A DNA stretch of 49,059 nt from Chiloscyllium plagiosum (lineage: Eukaryota): NCBI RefSeq assembly GCF_004010195.1, contig NC_057719.1, forward strand, positions 54,745,971 to 54,795,029. Reading direction: 5' to 3'. The position numbers and the translations under genes were made by a program. Shown one piece after another: positions 23,080 through 35,419 of this stretch (position 1 is its first letter; each line of letters begins with the position of its first letter). The notes under the pieces were generated by a model, which was given only the letters and a program-made list of their open reading frames with translations, ran no database searches and had not been told where the DNA came from.

Positions 23080-23720
23080 GCTTCTGGCAAGACATTTTCT
23101 GTTGCAGAGATCATCTCAATGCACCTTGTTCTGAGAAAGCATTTACTTTGAGCCCATCTGATACTCATAGGATCTCTGCCTTGCCTTGTGTTGAAGTGTA
23201 GCCAGGGGCTTGGACAGTGAATTAGCCAGTTGGACCAAGGGGTTTGCATCACTCCAGTATGGGGGAGTGGGCAATGGTCAGTCCTGCAGGTCAAGAGCAA
23301 GTTTGGGGAATCATGGTACATGAGTCAGGGAACTGCAGCAATATCAGTCAGGAGTCTGTTCACTCATCAGTCAGGGTTATCTATCTGATTTAGTCAGGAG
23401 GGTAAGCCAGGGTTATCCTAGGCAACATGTCAATGTACATCAAGGAGGAAGGGGGAGTTGATCAGTGGCTAATGTTGTGGTAGGAAAGTTGGGGAAGTCA
23501 AATCTAGGAATTGGTGGCAGCATGCTTGGATGCAGAGGGCTCAATAATTAGGGAAACAACACAACAGTTGGATGGGGAGAGCACAGTGAATCAACAGTAC
23601 ATTGAAGAACATGGGTCACTGCAAAAAACTTATTGTCAATGATCACAACCACACTGGTCTCTGTGTAGGATGATGGTTGGCATGTTGAGCCATGGTGCCA
23701 GGACCCAGGGCATAATATTG
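23080..23720 (-). pseudogene. Harbinger/PIF DDE transposase remnant
   Basis: QFPDS.C/HDS (cf. PGS.HDS), SDANPL/WL (cf. GD..YPL..WL), LRTRCIE (cf. TR..IE); upstream SVVVIIDNKFFAV (cf. VAVKVT.ALNFFA). Multiple frameshifts. Confidence 0.45.
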
Positions 23721-24425
23721 GGAGATGAAATTGTAATTCAAAGAAGTGTGTGGGAACATGTGGAATCTCAGTACTGAAGAACTCAACAGGGAATGTCACG
23801 AAGAAAGAATTATAGAGGTTCAAGTGAAGCCTCTTGTGGGTAGCAGGCTGAGCCTGAGACCTACTATGCCACATGCAAACTGCACTGCTGTCCATACTTA
23901 TCCAAATTGTAACAATGCACTGAAAAAGAAAAATGACTGAGACCATGAATGGAATGGACAAAATACGATTTTTTAATGTCTGAGTGTGGAGGCTCTACTT
24001 GAGAACAATCACATCTATCAGACACTTTCACCACAGTTTGAAGTCAATTGCAATCATAGCATCCTGCAATTGAAATGCATGAAGTGCCCAACTGTGAGGG
24101 ATACAAGTCCTGGTCACAAGGTTTTCCAGTACATTAGAACATTAGAATCCACAAGCGAATATGGAAACTTCTTCAGGTATGTCTTGACATTAAAATCAGG
24201 CCAAGTCTAACCTGGGAATTTCTTCCCTTTGGTCATCAGTAAAGAGATGAGTGTTGTCATCAATAGAGTTTGATACTGAACCTGACAGGCAGATTCGGAA
24301 AGGTTGTTTCCCCTTGTGGAGAGAGAAGGATTAGGGGTGTAATCTCAAAAGAAGGGGTCGCGTATTAAATACAGATGAGGAGAAAATTCTTATCTTAAAA
24401 GATAGTGAATCTTTGGATATCTTTC

Positions 24426-25135
24426 ATAGAATCCCTACAGCATGGAAACAGGTCATTTGGCCAAACAAGGCATAAGTGGGACTGCAGATACTGGAGTGTG
24501 GTGCTGGAAGGGGAAATGAGGAAACTGGTGAAATCCACATTGATGCCATGAGTTTAGAGGGTCCCAAGGCAAAAGATGAGGGATTCTTCCTCCAGGCGTC
24601 GTATGGTTAGAGAGTAGCGATGGAGGAGGCCCAGCACCCACATGTCCTTGGCGAAGTGGGAGGGGTAGTTGAAGCGTTCGGCCACGGGGTGGTAGGGTTG
24701 ATTGGTGCGGGTGTTCTGGAAATGTTCTCTTAAGCGCTCTGCGAGGAGGCGTCCGGTCTCCATGATGTCGGGGAGACCGCATCGGGAGCAAAGGAAACAA
24801 TAAATAAGGTGTAGAAGTACGGGTGAAACTTTGATGGATGTGGAAGACTCCTCTGGAACCTTGGACAGAGGTGAGGGGGGAGGTATGGATTCAAGTTTTG
24901 CAATTCCTGTGGCAGCAGGGGAAGGTGACAGGAGGGGAGGGTGTGTTGCTGTGGGGCGTGGACCTGACCAGGTAGGCGCGGAGGGAACTGTCTTTACAGA
25001 TTTGGCCCAACAAGACAACAACCCCCCCCCGAAGAGTAACCCACCCAGACCCATTTCCCTACCCTATTACTCTACATTTACCCCTGACTAATGCATCAAA
25101 TCTACATGTCCCTGAACACTATGTGCAACTTAGCT
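24426..25135 (-). mobile_element. HE1-like SINE 3' part, interrupted at 24470-24999
   Basis: aatccctacagcatggaaacagg...ttggcccaacaag...cccacccagacccatt...cccctgactaatgca. Confidence 0.7.
24470..24999 (-). mobile_element. 5'-truncated Penelope element (GIY-YIG domain), family A
   Basis: LIYCFLCSRCGLPDIMETGRLLAERLREH...RRLEEESLIFCLGTL; family A tail at 24470-24510; 15-bp TSD atttggcc(a/c)aacaag at 24455-24469 and 25000-25014. Confidence 0.85.
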
Positions 25136-26380
25136 GTGAGGTTTGATCATTAAGTATATTAAAAGCTAAGATAGATTTTTAATCAGTAAGGAAGTCAGAA
25201 AAAAGACAACAAAGTAGAAATGATCTCATTGAATGGCAGTGCAGATTCAATGGGCTGAATGGCCTACATCTGCTCACAGGTCTTGTGGTCTATCCTTGTT
25301 AAGTTTGTATGCTAGCTTTTTCTTACTAATGGATGATAACTCACAAATCTCTGTGTACTGCAATATGATGGATACAGTTAAGAATTATTCACTAATGCTA
25401 CTTAATGGAGTTCTCAACTTCATAGTATTATTATTATAGATTCTGGTTAGTAATTTCAGACTGTCAAAGTGATTGTGGTTTTATTTTTGTTCATGATTGG
25501 AGAGCTTCAAAAGATGTTCCAAAAATGTATCTTTTTGAAGTGCAATCCTGCATGGTTGCTGCTATCATGGGTGCTGCCATAACCTGTCACTGTGATAGTC
25601 AGCAGCAGTAACAAGAAAGAGTGCATGGAACTGCAGCAACTAGAACGGGAAGGAAGGCCATAAGAGGCCATGGACAATATCAGCCTCAAGAAACCAACTC
25701 TCAGATTACAACTTCATTTTGTAACATTTTCAGCAGGCATTCCAACCTCACAGAGGTAATCACAATTTTGCATCCTGTGTTGTTGAACAAACATTAGCCC
25801 TATCATGGACAACAATATATTTTGTGATGAAGTCCTCTTGGTATATCTGTTTTTTTGTACTGAGCAAGCCACTATTCTCTTTGAAAGTGACATTCAGAGC
25901 ATAATCTGATCCAAAAATTGTGAAATGGCAACATTCAATTCTGCCCTGTAATAGTGAAGGGCTTATTGCAGGATTTTCAATAAAATAATTCAGGTCAGTT
26001 CAATGGTCCTTGAAAAGCCGTTCAAATATTTCAGACAGAGACTGTAGTTAAGTAAATATGAGAAGGAGGAACATGTCAGATCTATGTTAGAAATGTTGGT
26101 TTGTAGCTGACCTACATGGAAGGGAACTAAACAACATGAGTTCGATATAAGGAATAGTGAGTTAAGTTCCAGGATTAGTTGGATAGCTTTGTGCTGGTAG
26201 AACTTAGACTCAAGTTCTAAGAGTTATTAGGCAACTTAATATTGTAGCCAGATCTTAAAGTATTAATAAAATTGTGGTGGCTCATGAGAAGTCACATATC
26301 ATTAATAGATCAATACAACTGAGGGTGGGAATTGAGAAGCCACAAGCAGCATGTGCTTGATGCAACTGAGTAAGATTAGA

Positions 26381-26471
26381 GTCTCAATTAGAGTGGTGCT
26401 GGAAAAGTACAGCAGCTCACGCAGCATCCAAGGAGCAGGAAAATTGATGTTTCAGGCAAAAGCCCTTCATC
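26381..26471 (-). mobile_element. Penelope-derived solo arm, family A
   Basis: Minus strand ctgatgaagggcttttgcctgaaacatc...ttttccagcaccac; perfect 12-bp TSD agtaagattaga at 26369-26380 and 26472-26483. Confidence 0.8.
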
Positions 26472-27728
26472 AGTAAGATTAGAACTCAGGGAAACCACAG
26501 GAAAGGTTTAGTTTGGTGAAGCTAGCTCCCGGTGAAAAGTTGGACTTGTGGCAGTAGGTTGTGGATCCAACCAAAGATCTGGCTATTTTGACTCTGGTGA
26601 TGTGTAATGAGTAAAAGATCTCCTTGAAAACAGTGACTATAATCTGGTAGAATTTAGCATTCAGTTCTGGAGAGAGAACTTAGAGGCAGAAATAACTGTG
26701 CTGAATATAAATAGACATAATTAAAAAGGAATGAGGGCAGAGCCAGCTGGAGAGAATTGGAAAAGAAATGTAGCTTTAGAGACAATTGAAGATCAAGGTC
26801 TGATGTTTAAGCAAATAGTTCATGGCCAGCAACAAAGTTATGTCCCAGTGAGAAAGAAGATTCTAAGAAAGGGATAAACATCTATGATTAAGGTGAGAAG
26901 TTAAGGGTAGTATTAAAGCATTAAAGAAAGAAAATGATGCAATGTTGCAAATACAATGTGGTAAGCCAGAAGATTGGGAAAACTTTCAAAATCAGTAAAC
27001 AATGACCCAAAAAAAGGTTAAACTTTAAGGATAAATTTACAAGTAATATCAGGACAGATGGCAAGAGCTTCCTTAAGTATTTACAAAGGAAGAGGCCAAT
27101 GTGAACATAGGTCCCTTAGAGAAAGTGAATGGGAGATAATAATGGGAAACCAAGAAATGGCAGAGGAATTGAATAAATACTTTGTTTTAGTCTTCATGGC
27201 AGAAGGCACCAATTGCATTGTAAAAGTATTAAATAATCATGGACTAAAAAGTGGAGAGGACATTAATACAGTAACTTTCACTGGATCAAAAATTGCTAGA
27301 GAAACTAACAGGGCTAATGAAAAATAATTCCTCTGACTTCATGGGATTCATCCAAGGATATCAAAAGCAGTAGCTACAGTGAAAGTAGATGCACTGGTAG
27401 AAACTTTCCAGGAATCCTTAGATTCTGGAACAATCCCAGAGGACAGGAAAACTGTCGATGTAAACATTAATCAAAAAAGGAGAGAGACAAATGCGGATTA
27501 TTCTAGGCTAATTAGCTTAATACCTGTTATTGGGAAAAAATATTAGCATCTATTATAAAGGATACAATAGCAGAGCATTACGAAATAGATAATGTAATAA
27601 AACAGAATCTGCCTAAAGGAGGAGTCATACCTGACAAATTTATTTGAATTCTTTGAAGAGGCAACAAATAGGATAGATAAAAGGGAAATATTTAACATAT
27701 TTGGATTTCCACAAGGTTGATAAAGTTT

Positions 27729-27856
27729 GATGAAGAGCTTTTGCCCAAAACGTCGATTTTCCTGCTCCTCGGATGCTGTCTGACCTGCTGTGCTTTTCCA
27801 GCACCATGCTAATCTATACTCTGATCTTCAGCATCTGCAGTCCTCACTTTTGCCTA
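27729..27856 (+). mobile_element. Penelope-derived arm plus tail, family A
   Basis: tgatgaagagcttttgcccaaaacgtcgatt...agcatctgcagtcctcactttt; no clear TSD. Confidence 0.8.
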
Positions 27857-28047
27857 CTTAACAAGAGTCCCTAGTGTTGGTGGCAATACATTAGCATGGA
27901 CTGAGAATTGTGTAATGAACTGAAGACAAGAAGGGGAGAAGATGGACATTTTCAGGATGCCAACTTATAAAAAATGGAATGCAACAGGAATCATCACTGG
28001 GACCATAATTATTACCAATATATATTAATGACTTGAATGAAGCAAGT

Positions 28048-28612
28048 TATAAATCACACAACACCAGGTTATAGTCCAACATGTTTATTTGGAGGCACAA
28101 GCTTTTGGAGCGCTGCTCATTCATCAGGTAGCTTCATCTGCTTCATCCTGCAAAGTGCCCAGCCTTCAGGAAAACATCGACCACAACACTGTACAACCCT
28201 GTCATGGCAACCAATGCAAGACGTGTCAGAGTGTCAACATTACATGTGGTAATAACCCCCACCATGTACATGGTAGATACTCATGTAACTCGGCCATACG
28301 CTGCAGGCAAGGATGCGCCGAGGCATCCTTGTGACTTGAAAGAAGTTCTAGAACTTACATTTTAATGAATCAAAACATGCAACCCATTCTAAAAGATGAA
28401 AGACTTAACAGCAATCTAGGCTTGTTTAATATATCGCATCAGTTGTATGACACTATGATCTTTTGCTATAAATTCTAAGATCCTTCCCCACTAGCTGCCT
28501 GACAAAGGGGCTGCTCTCCAAAAGCTTGTACTTCCAAATAAACCTGTTGGACTATAACCTGATGATTTTTAACATTGTCAACTCCCGAACAACACTGACA
28601 CCCTCCACATCT
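28048..28612 (+). mobile_element. Deleted Penelope element, family B, with inverted termini
   Basis: Inverted arms 28050-28130 / 28495-28575; interior PCHGNQCKTCQ...HGRYSCNSAIRCRQGC (Cys-rich region leading into GIY-YIG). Confidence 0.75.
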
Positions 28613-28667
28613 TCAGTGAAGAAAGTAAGTGTACCATAGTCAAGTTTATGATGGACCAAAAATAATT

Positions 28668-28945
28668 CGATTCCCTACAGTGTGGAAACAGGCCCTTTGG
28701 CCCAACAGACCCATAAACCTCCCAGACTCATTTCCCTATATCTACCCCTGACTAATGCACCGAACACCATAGGCAATTTAGCATGGCCAATTCACCTAAC
28801 CTGTACATCTTTTAGAATGTGAGAGGAAACTGACAGAGAGACGATATACAAACTTCACACAGATGGTTACCCAAGGCTGGAATTGAACCCAGGTCCCTGG
28901 CACTGGGAGGCAGCAGTGCTAATCACTTAGCCACTATGCCACCCT
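28668..28945 (-). mobile_element. HE1-like V-SINE
   Basis: gattccctacagtgtggaaacaggcc tail; ggaattgaacccaggtccctgg (B box reverse); cacttagccactatgccacc (A box reverse). Confidence 0.85.
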
Positions 28946-29189
28946 AATATTTGGGAAACAAATGTTGAGAATAATGAACAGTCTGAAGAGGAATATAGGC
29001 AAGTTAAGTGAGTGGGTAATAACTGAACAGGTGAAACATAATGTGGATGAATGCGAGGGTATACACATTAATAGGAAAATTAGAGGTTCTGAATATTATT
29101 TAAATAGAAAAAGACTCAGGAACGCTGCAGCTTGGGAGTCACCATGCAGAAGTAATAAAAAGCTAGCATACAAGCTCAATGGAAAATAA

Positions 29190-29320
29190 ACTATAAGACC
29201 ATAAGATGTACGTTCAGAAGTAGGCCATTCAGCCCATTGACTCTATTCTAGCATTCAATGACATCATGGCTGATCTGATAATCCTCATTCTAAACTCCAT
29301 TTTTATGCCTATTCCCCTGG
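29190..29320 (-). mobile_element. CR1 3' UTR fragment
   Basis: ataagaccataaga tail; gtaggccattcagccc; atcatggctgatctg. Confidence 0.7.
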
Positions 29321-30022
29321 AATTGTTTAGTTGAAATGACAGACTACTATAATCCAAAGTTGATAGATAAAAATGAACTAATTGTTGGCACAAACCAATT
29401 TCCCATTGGTTCAAAATCAGAGGAAGGAGCCTCTCCATGTTGGTCCAAATATTCTGATGATCAGATAGTTATTGGATGGCGCAGACTGGAGATGCATATT
29501 GGGATCATGTTGCATCCCAGATCCCTCAGATGCAAGGGGAATAGCATGGGAAATTGAAGATTCCAAAGGGCAATATCCCTGTATTTAGAATGGCCTTAAA
29601 TAATCCAATAAAGACAGAGAATCTGGACAGTCCTATTTCAGTTGAGTTAATAGTTACTAATGAAATGTTAAACAATTAAAGATTTACCCTAATTCCTTGA
29701 TAATTAGTAAGCTGAGACTCCAACGCACCACATTTGACTGCCCCTCAACTACACCTTCCCTGGATCCTTACAGTCCCTGGAACTCTGACAACCATTCTCT
29801 GGACTGGGCACTCCATCCCAATATAAACCCCACCCTACTGCCTTAGCCAACTTCTTACCTTACAGATTTTCTCTAGTCAGCTTTTTGAGAGATGCTAATA
29901 CCCCGGTGGAATTTGAACTTGGAGCTCCTTCCACAGAGATAAGAATGCTACTACCTGGCCACAAAAACTCTCCACACTTCCCTTACGTGCTTACACTTTC
30001 ACAGCAGTTATCAAAGTAGCTG

Positions 30023-30203
30023 TGATTTGGAGATGCCGGTGTTGGACTGGGGTGTACAAAGTTAAAAATCACACAACACCAGGTTATAGTCCAACAGGTT
30101 TAATTGGAAGCACACTAGCTAGTTGGACTAAACCTGTTGGAAGCACACTAGCTAGTTGGACTAAACCTGTTGGACTATAACCTGGTGTTGAGTGATTTTT
30201 AAC
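30023..30203. mobile_element. Penelope-derived palindromic mini-element, family B
   Basis: Arms agttaaaaatcacacaacaccaggttatagtccaacaggttta / taaacctgttggactataacctggtgttgagtgatttttaact; ~37-bp tail; 12-bp TSD tcaaa(g/a)tagctg at 30011-30022 and 30204-30215; internal 33-bp tandem duplication. Confidence 0.85.
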
Positions 30204-30499
30204 TCAAAATAGCTGATGTGTTACTGGATACTTAAGTCTCGGGATAACAGCACACCTACTGCTGCAATGATGGGGGTGGAGTCGGGGGGGGCGCATGGGG
30301 TGGTCTGCTCATGGTGATTTCTCCCAACAATTTTTTTACCAAGGGGAATCTGAATGTTGTATTGGAATTCCCCCTGAGAAATAGGAATCTCAGTATTAAC
30401 AGGGAAAAAACAGAAGTGAAGTAGTGATCGGACTGAGTGCCACACCTTGGAAAATGGCAGCAAGAATCGTAGAACTGTCACACATCAAACATGCACCAA

Positions 30500-30695
30500 A
30501 TCTCCAAAAAGCATCCCATCGTCATCACTAACCAAAATTGGAGCAATTTAGCATGGCCAATCCACCTAACTCACACAGCAAAACGAAACCCACGCAGACT
30601 CAGGGAAAATGTGCAAACCCCACACAGACAGTCTTCCAAAAGTGGAATTGAACCAAAGTGAAGCAATAGTGCTAATCATTCAGTCAGCATGCCTC
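30500..30695 (-). mobile_element. Degraded HE1-like SINE
   Basis: gcaatttagcatggccaatccacctaac; gaaacccacgcagac; gtgcaaaccccacacagacagtc. Confidence 0.7.
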
Positions 30696-31858
30696 CTGGG
30701 CCAATATTTTAACTGCTTTAATCTAGACAGGCATATAAAATCACAGAAGGATTTCCTGCATAAAAATTGCAAGCCAATGCATATCAGTCATGTGCCATTT
30801 GCATGAACATTGAACAAAGCACATCCATGTAGTAACATTCTCATTAGTAAAAGTGTAACAACTGCAACTCTTTCAAAAAGTGAAATGTTTTCATGGAGTA
30901 GGTTAAAGACCTTTTCTGCAAAACTTGTTAAAATGAGCTGAGGAACAGTGCATTTTGATGTAATATTGAGTACTGGAGTTTCCACAGCTGAAACTTTGAG
31001 GTCACTGACTGTTTGTATGTACCTTGGATTCTTGCATTTTGTGAAATCCACTGATTTGTTGCCAGAGCACCAATGTAGCATTTAATTGTACTATGATACA
31101 ATCAAATCCTAATTGCCTATTAGACAGATTAGCAGTGTAGAAATCAGCCACTCGACCTTTTTAAATGAGTCAAGTAATGTTAATTCTGCTGGTAAAAAAA
31201 ATGCAAAGTGATAAGAAAAGCCATGCTCCAGAAAGGCTAAGATTTAGCATCTGTTGGGGGAAAAAAAACTGTTAAATATGTAGCACTGCTTCTGCTCGCA
31301 GCAAACTCAGCTACTTTCAGATCTCTGAAGACTGCAGAAGGCAGTGACTCCCAAGGTCAACATGCTGAAGAAGAAATATGGGATGCTATTCACAACTTTT
31401 CACCCACTGGATAAATGTATCTGAAGGTTAGGATCTTCTGAAGATGATAAAGGGTGCCTTGATCTACAGCCATCAAGGCCAACAGTGACTCACACTGGTG
31501 GTATGGCCATAAAGTATTGTTACATGGATACGGCCTTTTGTGATGTACCCTTTGTGATGTACTTTGGCTGTACAAGGATTAATTTTAATATTTCCTTCCA
31601 GGAGTGTTACTGGAAGGCAGACCAACTAATAGTTTTCAATTTTAACTTTGTGTTATGAGTGTCTGCCAGATTTCTTCTTTAAACATACTGGCCTGGGTAA
31701 CTAGGCTTCGTCTGATTTTAATTCCATTCAGTGAATTATCTGCTGTGGCTGTTTTTAACAGGTAAAGGTAAGTAACGAGAGGAGTGAAAGCAGATGAGGC
31801 CATTTAGGGTACGTTTGTGACTCTGCGTCTAACAAAGGAACTCTTGTCTATCATGTGG

Positions 31859-32056
31859 TCTCAAATATTTAGATTTTCAATGCTCACATTTATCTGAGTG
31901 TCACGGTTCAACCAATGGTCACACAAGACTGTGGGAGGAAACCGGAGCACCCGGAGGAAACCCACGCAGACACGGGGAGAACGTGCATTCTCAAATATTT
32001 AGATTTTCAATGCTCACATTTATCTGAGTGTCACGGTTCAACCAATGGTCACACAA
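31859..32056. repeat. 68-bp direct repeat flanking a 62-bp internal SINE fragment
   Basis: 31859-31926 identical to 31989-32056; spacer gactgtgggaggaaaccggagcacccggaggaaacccacgcagacacggggagaacgtgca is the reverse V-SINE core. Confidence 0.9.
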
Positions 32057-33849
32057 AATTGTGCAGTCCCTAATCACTTCCCATTCATTTGATTAGGAGT
32101 GTGTTATTGAGTCCACCAGTTCAAATGATCATGGCTTCATTTTCTGCCAGAAAACCACTGCCAATTCACCACATTGGTATTTTGTCTGGATAAACAGATC
32201 AACTATGCCACTGGAGAGTCCTTAATCAACACCTTAACCTCCATGTCACCAATCCCATTTTTTGGCCGAGCAATTGTCTCCGATTAAATTGGCGGATTCA
32301 AAACCTTCATGGGCTATTATTTTTGTAAACTTCCAAATAATCCCACCTCTCCATCACAAAGTCCACCTACTTCGATCACTAGAATTTGCTTATCTCTTTC
32401 CCTGTCTCAGGCCATCTGAAGAGGTTTCTAAAGATGCTTTAGTCACAACAGTATTGCCTAAATCAGTGTATTTTGGTCAGCTTTCCATCCCCAACAATCT
32501 ATAAACTTCAATTCATCCAAAATACATAACACTTTAGTTATCCTCCATCAAAACACACTCATGGTAAACATAAAATTGACTTACATCGGTACTCAGTGCA
32601 TTCTTGTGTGTATGACAGAATCCACACTGCTGACAGCATGGTACATTTTGAGGTCATGTCCACCAGAACCACCAATTTTCTTATTGGTATCAACCTAAGT
32701 TAGTGATGCTGAGTGGGAAAGGATGTCCACAAAATATCTTCAACAGGAGTGTGGCTTGAACTTGAGAAATACTATAGGTTTGTTACTGAGTTTTTAATAG
32801 CTAGTGACATTAAGTCTGAGTTACATGAAAGTCCTTTGTAAGACCTCAGGCTGTCCTTTAGAGTAAGTAAACATAATTTTAGTATTCAACTGGGTGTGAA
32901 CTAGGACACTGTTTGCTCCTCTCAAAAACAGTTCTTTGCACCCTGATGGGCAGAGTTATTTTGGGATGCCAGTTAAACCTCTCATCAACCTAGTGTCTTT
33001 TACAACACATTGGATAGAATCTTACAAGGGCATGAACCATGTGGGCTATATGAAGATTTGTCCCCAGTCATGCTAGAAGTTCAGTGAGGCCTATCTTGAC
33101 ATTCAGATCAACTCATGACATTTTTAATGCATTTGTTGAGCGGCATGGTATGTTTATTGCGAGGCAGTGATGAGTTGCCACTTACGAAGAATCATCACTT
33201 GTTAAATGCTTTATTATTGGAATAGCTCACCTCAAACTATACAGCTTCCTGTACATGCTAAACACGCTAGATTTGAGAATTGGGACCAGGTATCTGGCAT
33301 CTTCAGCTCACTGCTGGCTGTAAACAGCCTCTATGTTGTTCAGCACTAAACAGCACCTCAGCTTCCTGGGTATAAACCTCATACAACTCTTGTACATAGA
33401 CATTTGCACCTGACATTTGCCAATCCTTCACGGCACCATCTCTAATCTACTTGCAGGCCATTTAGGAAATACAGTCCTGCATTTCTGGGTGCATCAGCAA
33501 CTAGCATTGAATGGACACTTTTGCGTGGGGCCAGGTTCCCAGCTCAGTTTAAGCCATTCAGCGCTGCTCACACCATCCATGATTTGTTTTGCCTTGCTGT
33601 GCCATCCTAGTTTGTGCATTGGTACTTCAGCCAGAAACCAGAAGGTATCAGTACAGTCATATTGATGCGCTCTTATATCCAGAAACAAGACAAGTTGCTT
33701 GTCAATAGGAGCCAGTCTGGGGATGGGGTTCCTCTTGCTGTATGGCACATTGAAATGTCAATCTAAGATGTCAATGGTGGTGAAGTAGGGCTCCTGAGCT
33801 GGAGCTCCTCAGCTCTGACCATTTTCCTTTTCCTTTTTTTTTCTTTACA

Positions 33850-34555
33850 TTTACCTCTTGTTCTGAGCTCCGAAAGCATTGGCAGCAGCAAGGAACCCAG
33901 CGCAGTCTCAAGTGAGCCTAGTATTGACATGAATGAGCCCAGTGCAGACCACTTGGGGTGGCACATGAGCCCTTACATACTTTTCCAGGGCGAGCGTAGG
34001 ACCTGGCATCGGAATCGGTGGCTGCTACATTGGCAGAGGTATGCCCAGCAGCGAAAGACAGCACCTGAGGACCGGAGCTTTATCATTGGTTGAATCTGGC
34101 ACTTGCAGCAACAAAGCGGTGGTGGACGGGCATCACGGCGGCAATGACAAGATAGGCCCAGCGGTGGTGTTTGGGCATCACAGAAGCATTGTCAAGGTGC
34201 ACCCATCGGTGAGAGATGTGTCTCTGACGTCAGGTCCCAGTGCAGGTGTCTGCGAGGTGGTGGTGGAGGTGAATTGGCCAATGGTGATATGTGGCACCTG
34301 AAGATTGGTGACTTTGACATTGTTTGGGTTCTGTGTAGACAGTAGCGAGGTGGTGGAAAAGGGATGGCAGCCGTTGGTGATGAGCTGGCTTAGGACTGTT
34401 AGGCTCTCTCTAAGCTATAGCCTTCTACATTTATTTTTTCTTATTCTTAAAGCCACTCAAAATGATGCCAGATCATGTTGACTGTGGAAAAGCTTTCCAC
34501 TGTATTTTACTGTTTCTCTCACTGTAAAATACACATAATAAAATCACTCATTCAT
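33850..34555 (+). mobile_element. Unclassified retroposon with GC-rich body and aataaa(tcat)n-like tail
   Basis: 3' part ttattctt...actcaaaatg...ttccactg...aataaaatcactcattcat is similar to the reverse complement of 47892-47995; 5' boundary uncertain. Confidence 0.45.
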
Positions 34556-35419
34556 AATTCCTGCAGCACATGCTAGCTGTCTCTGTGGCAAATAATGTAC
34601 ACAGTTATTCAAATAAATGGCTATGTTGGAAAGAGGTTGGAGGCTATTCATCAGTCCATACAAGGTGGGATGGTATCCTTTAGGGGTGCTAGTATTGTCA
34701 TGTGGTATCCATGTGGTGAATCTCCACATGGGAGGGATGGTTGGAAATGGGCTGTCAAAGTAATATGAGGTAAAATATCACATGAAAACTCTGCCTGGGT
34801 ACCTGGTGACCAGACAGTGTCAGTGCTGAAGTTGTCCACCAAGAGCTGCATTCCTTGCCATCACTCTTCGTTTTCTAGATGTGAAACACCCAAGTGGAAA
34901 ATGGCTGGGGCAATGTCCAGACTGGTTGGAGTCAGTGTCACTCTAATGGGAGAAAGCATGACGTCCGCACCTGCTGAAAGAACAAATACGTGAAGAGGAT
35001 GTTTTAAACTCCAGCTACATTTTACCCCCCAATTGCAATGCATGCAGGGAGGACATGCTTAGAGTTCAAATGCTGTTCGAGGCAGCATGCAGCATGCCAT
35101 TGGTGCTTGTGCATTGAACTTCAGCACCTTAAGTGATGCTGAAGTTAGCGCAATTACAAAAAAAGGTGAATGCTTTCCAAAGGTGAACTATCAATTTGCA
35201 AATTCCAGGGGTCTGTTGATAACAGAGATCATCACTTCATCACATCAGTTTAATGATGGTCTGTACTGAATGCAGTGAGAAGTTGAATGGTTGATGTGGA
35301 TCTGGGGTGGGAAGGGGTCAGAGCACAGTAGGCACTCCTTTTTGATGCAATGTGTTGATTACTCAGCTGGCTGAGTCAAGGCTGAAGCTGAATTAATGAC
35401 AGAGATGGCTTTAGAGAGA

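Larger units (their letters stand above)
24270..25290 (+). mobile_element. CR1 3' fragment split by a SINE and a Penelope insertion
   Basis: LFPLVE...EMRRKF at 24300-24420 resumes at ~25140 with the CR1 3' UTR (tgatctcattgaatggc...gctgaatggcctac). Confidence 0.7.
26000..29190 (+). mobile_element. Old CR1 ORF2 (endonuclease to RT) with at least four nested insertions
   Basis: EIIMGNQEMAEELNKYF; LTNLFEFFEE; IYINDL; IGKLSEW...NVDECE.IH; collinear across the inserts. Confidence 0.8.

Noticed and set aside
30104..30169. Tandem 33-bp repeats as a CRISPR-like array
   Set aside because: Two adjacent copies, no spacers, inside a Penelope-derived palindrome in vertebrate DNA.
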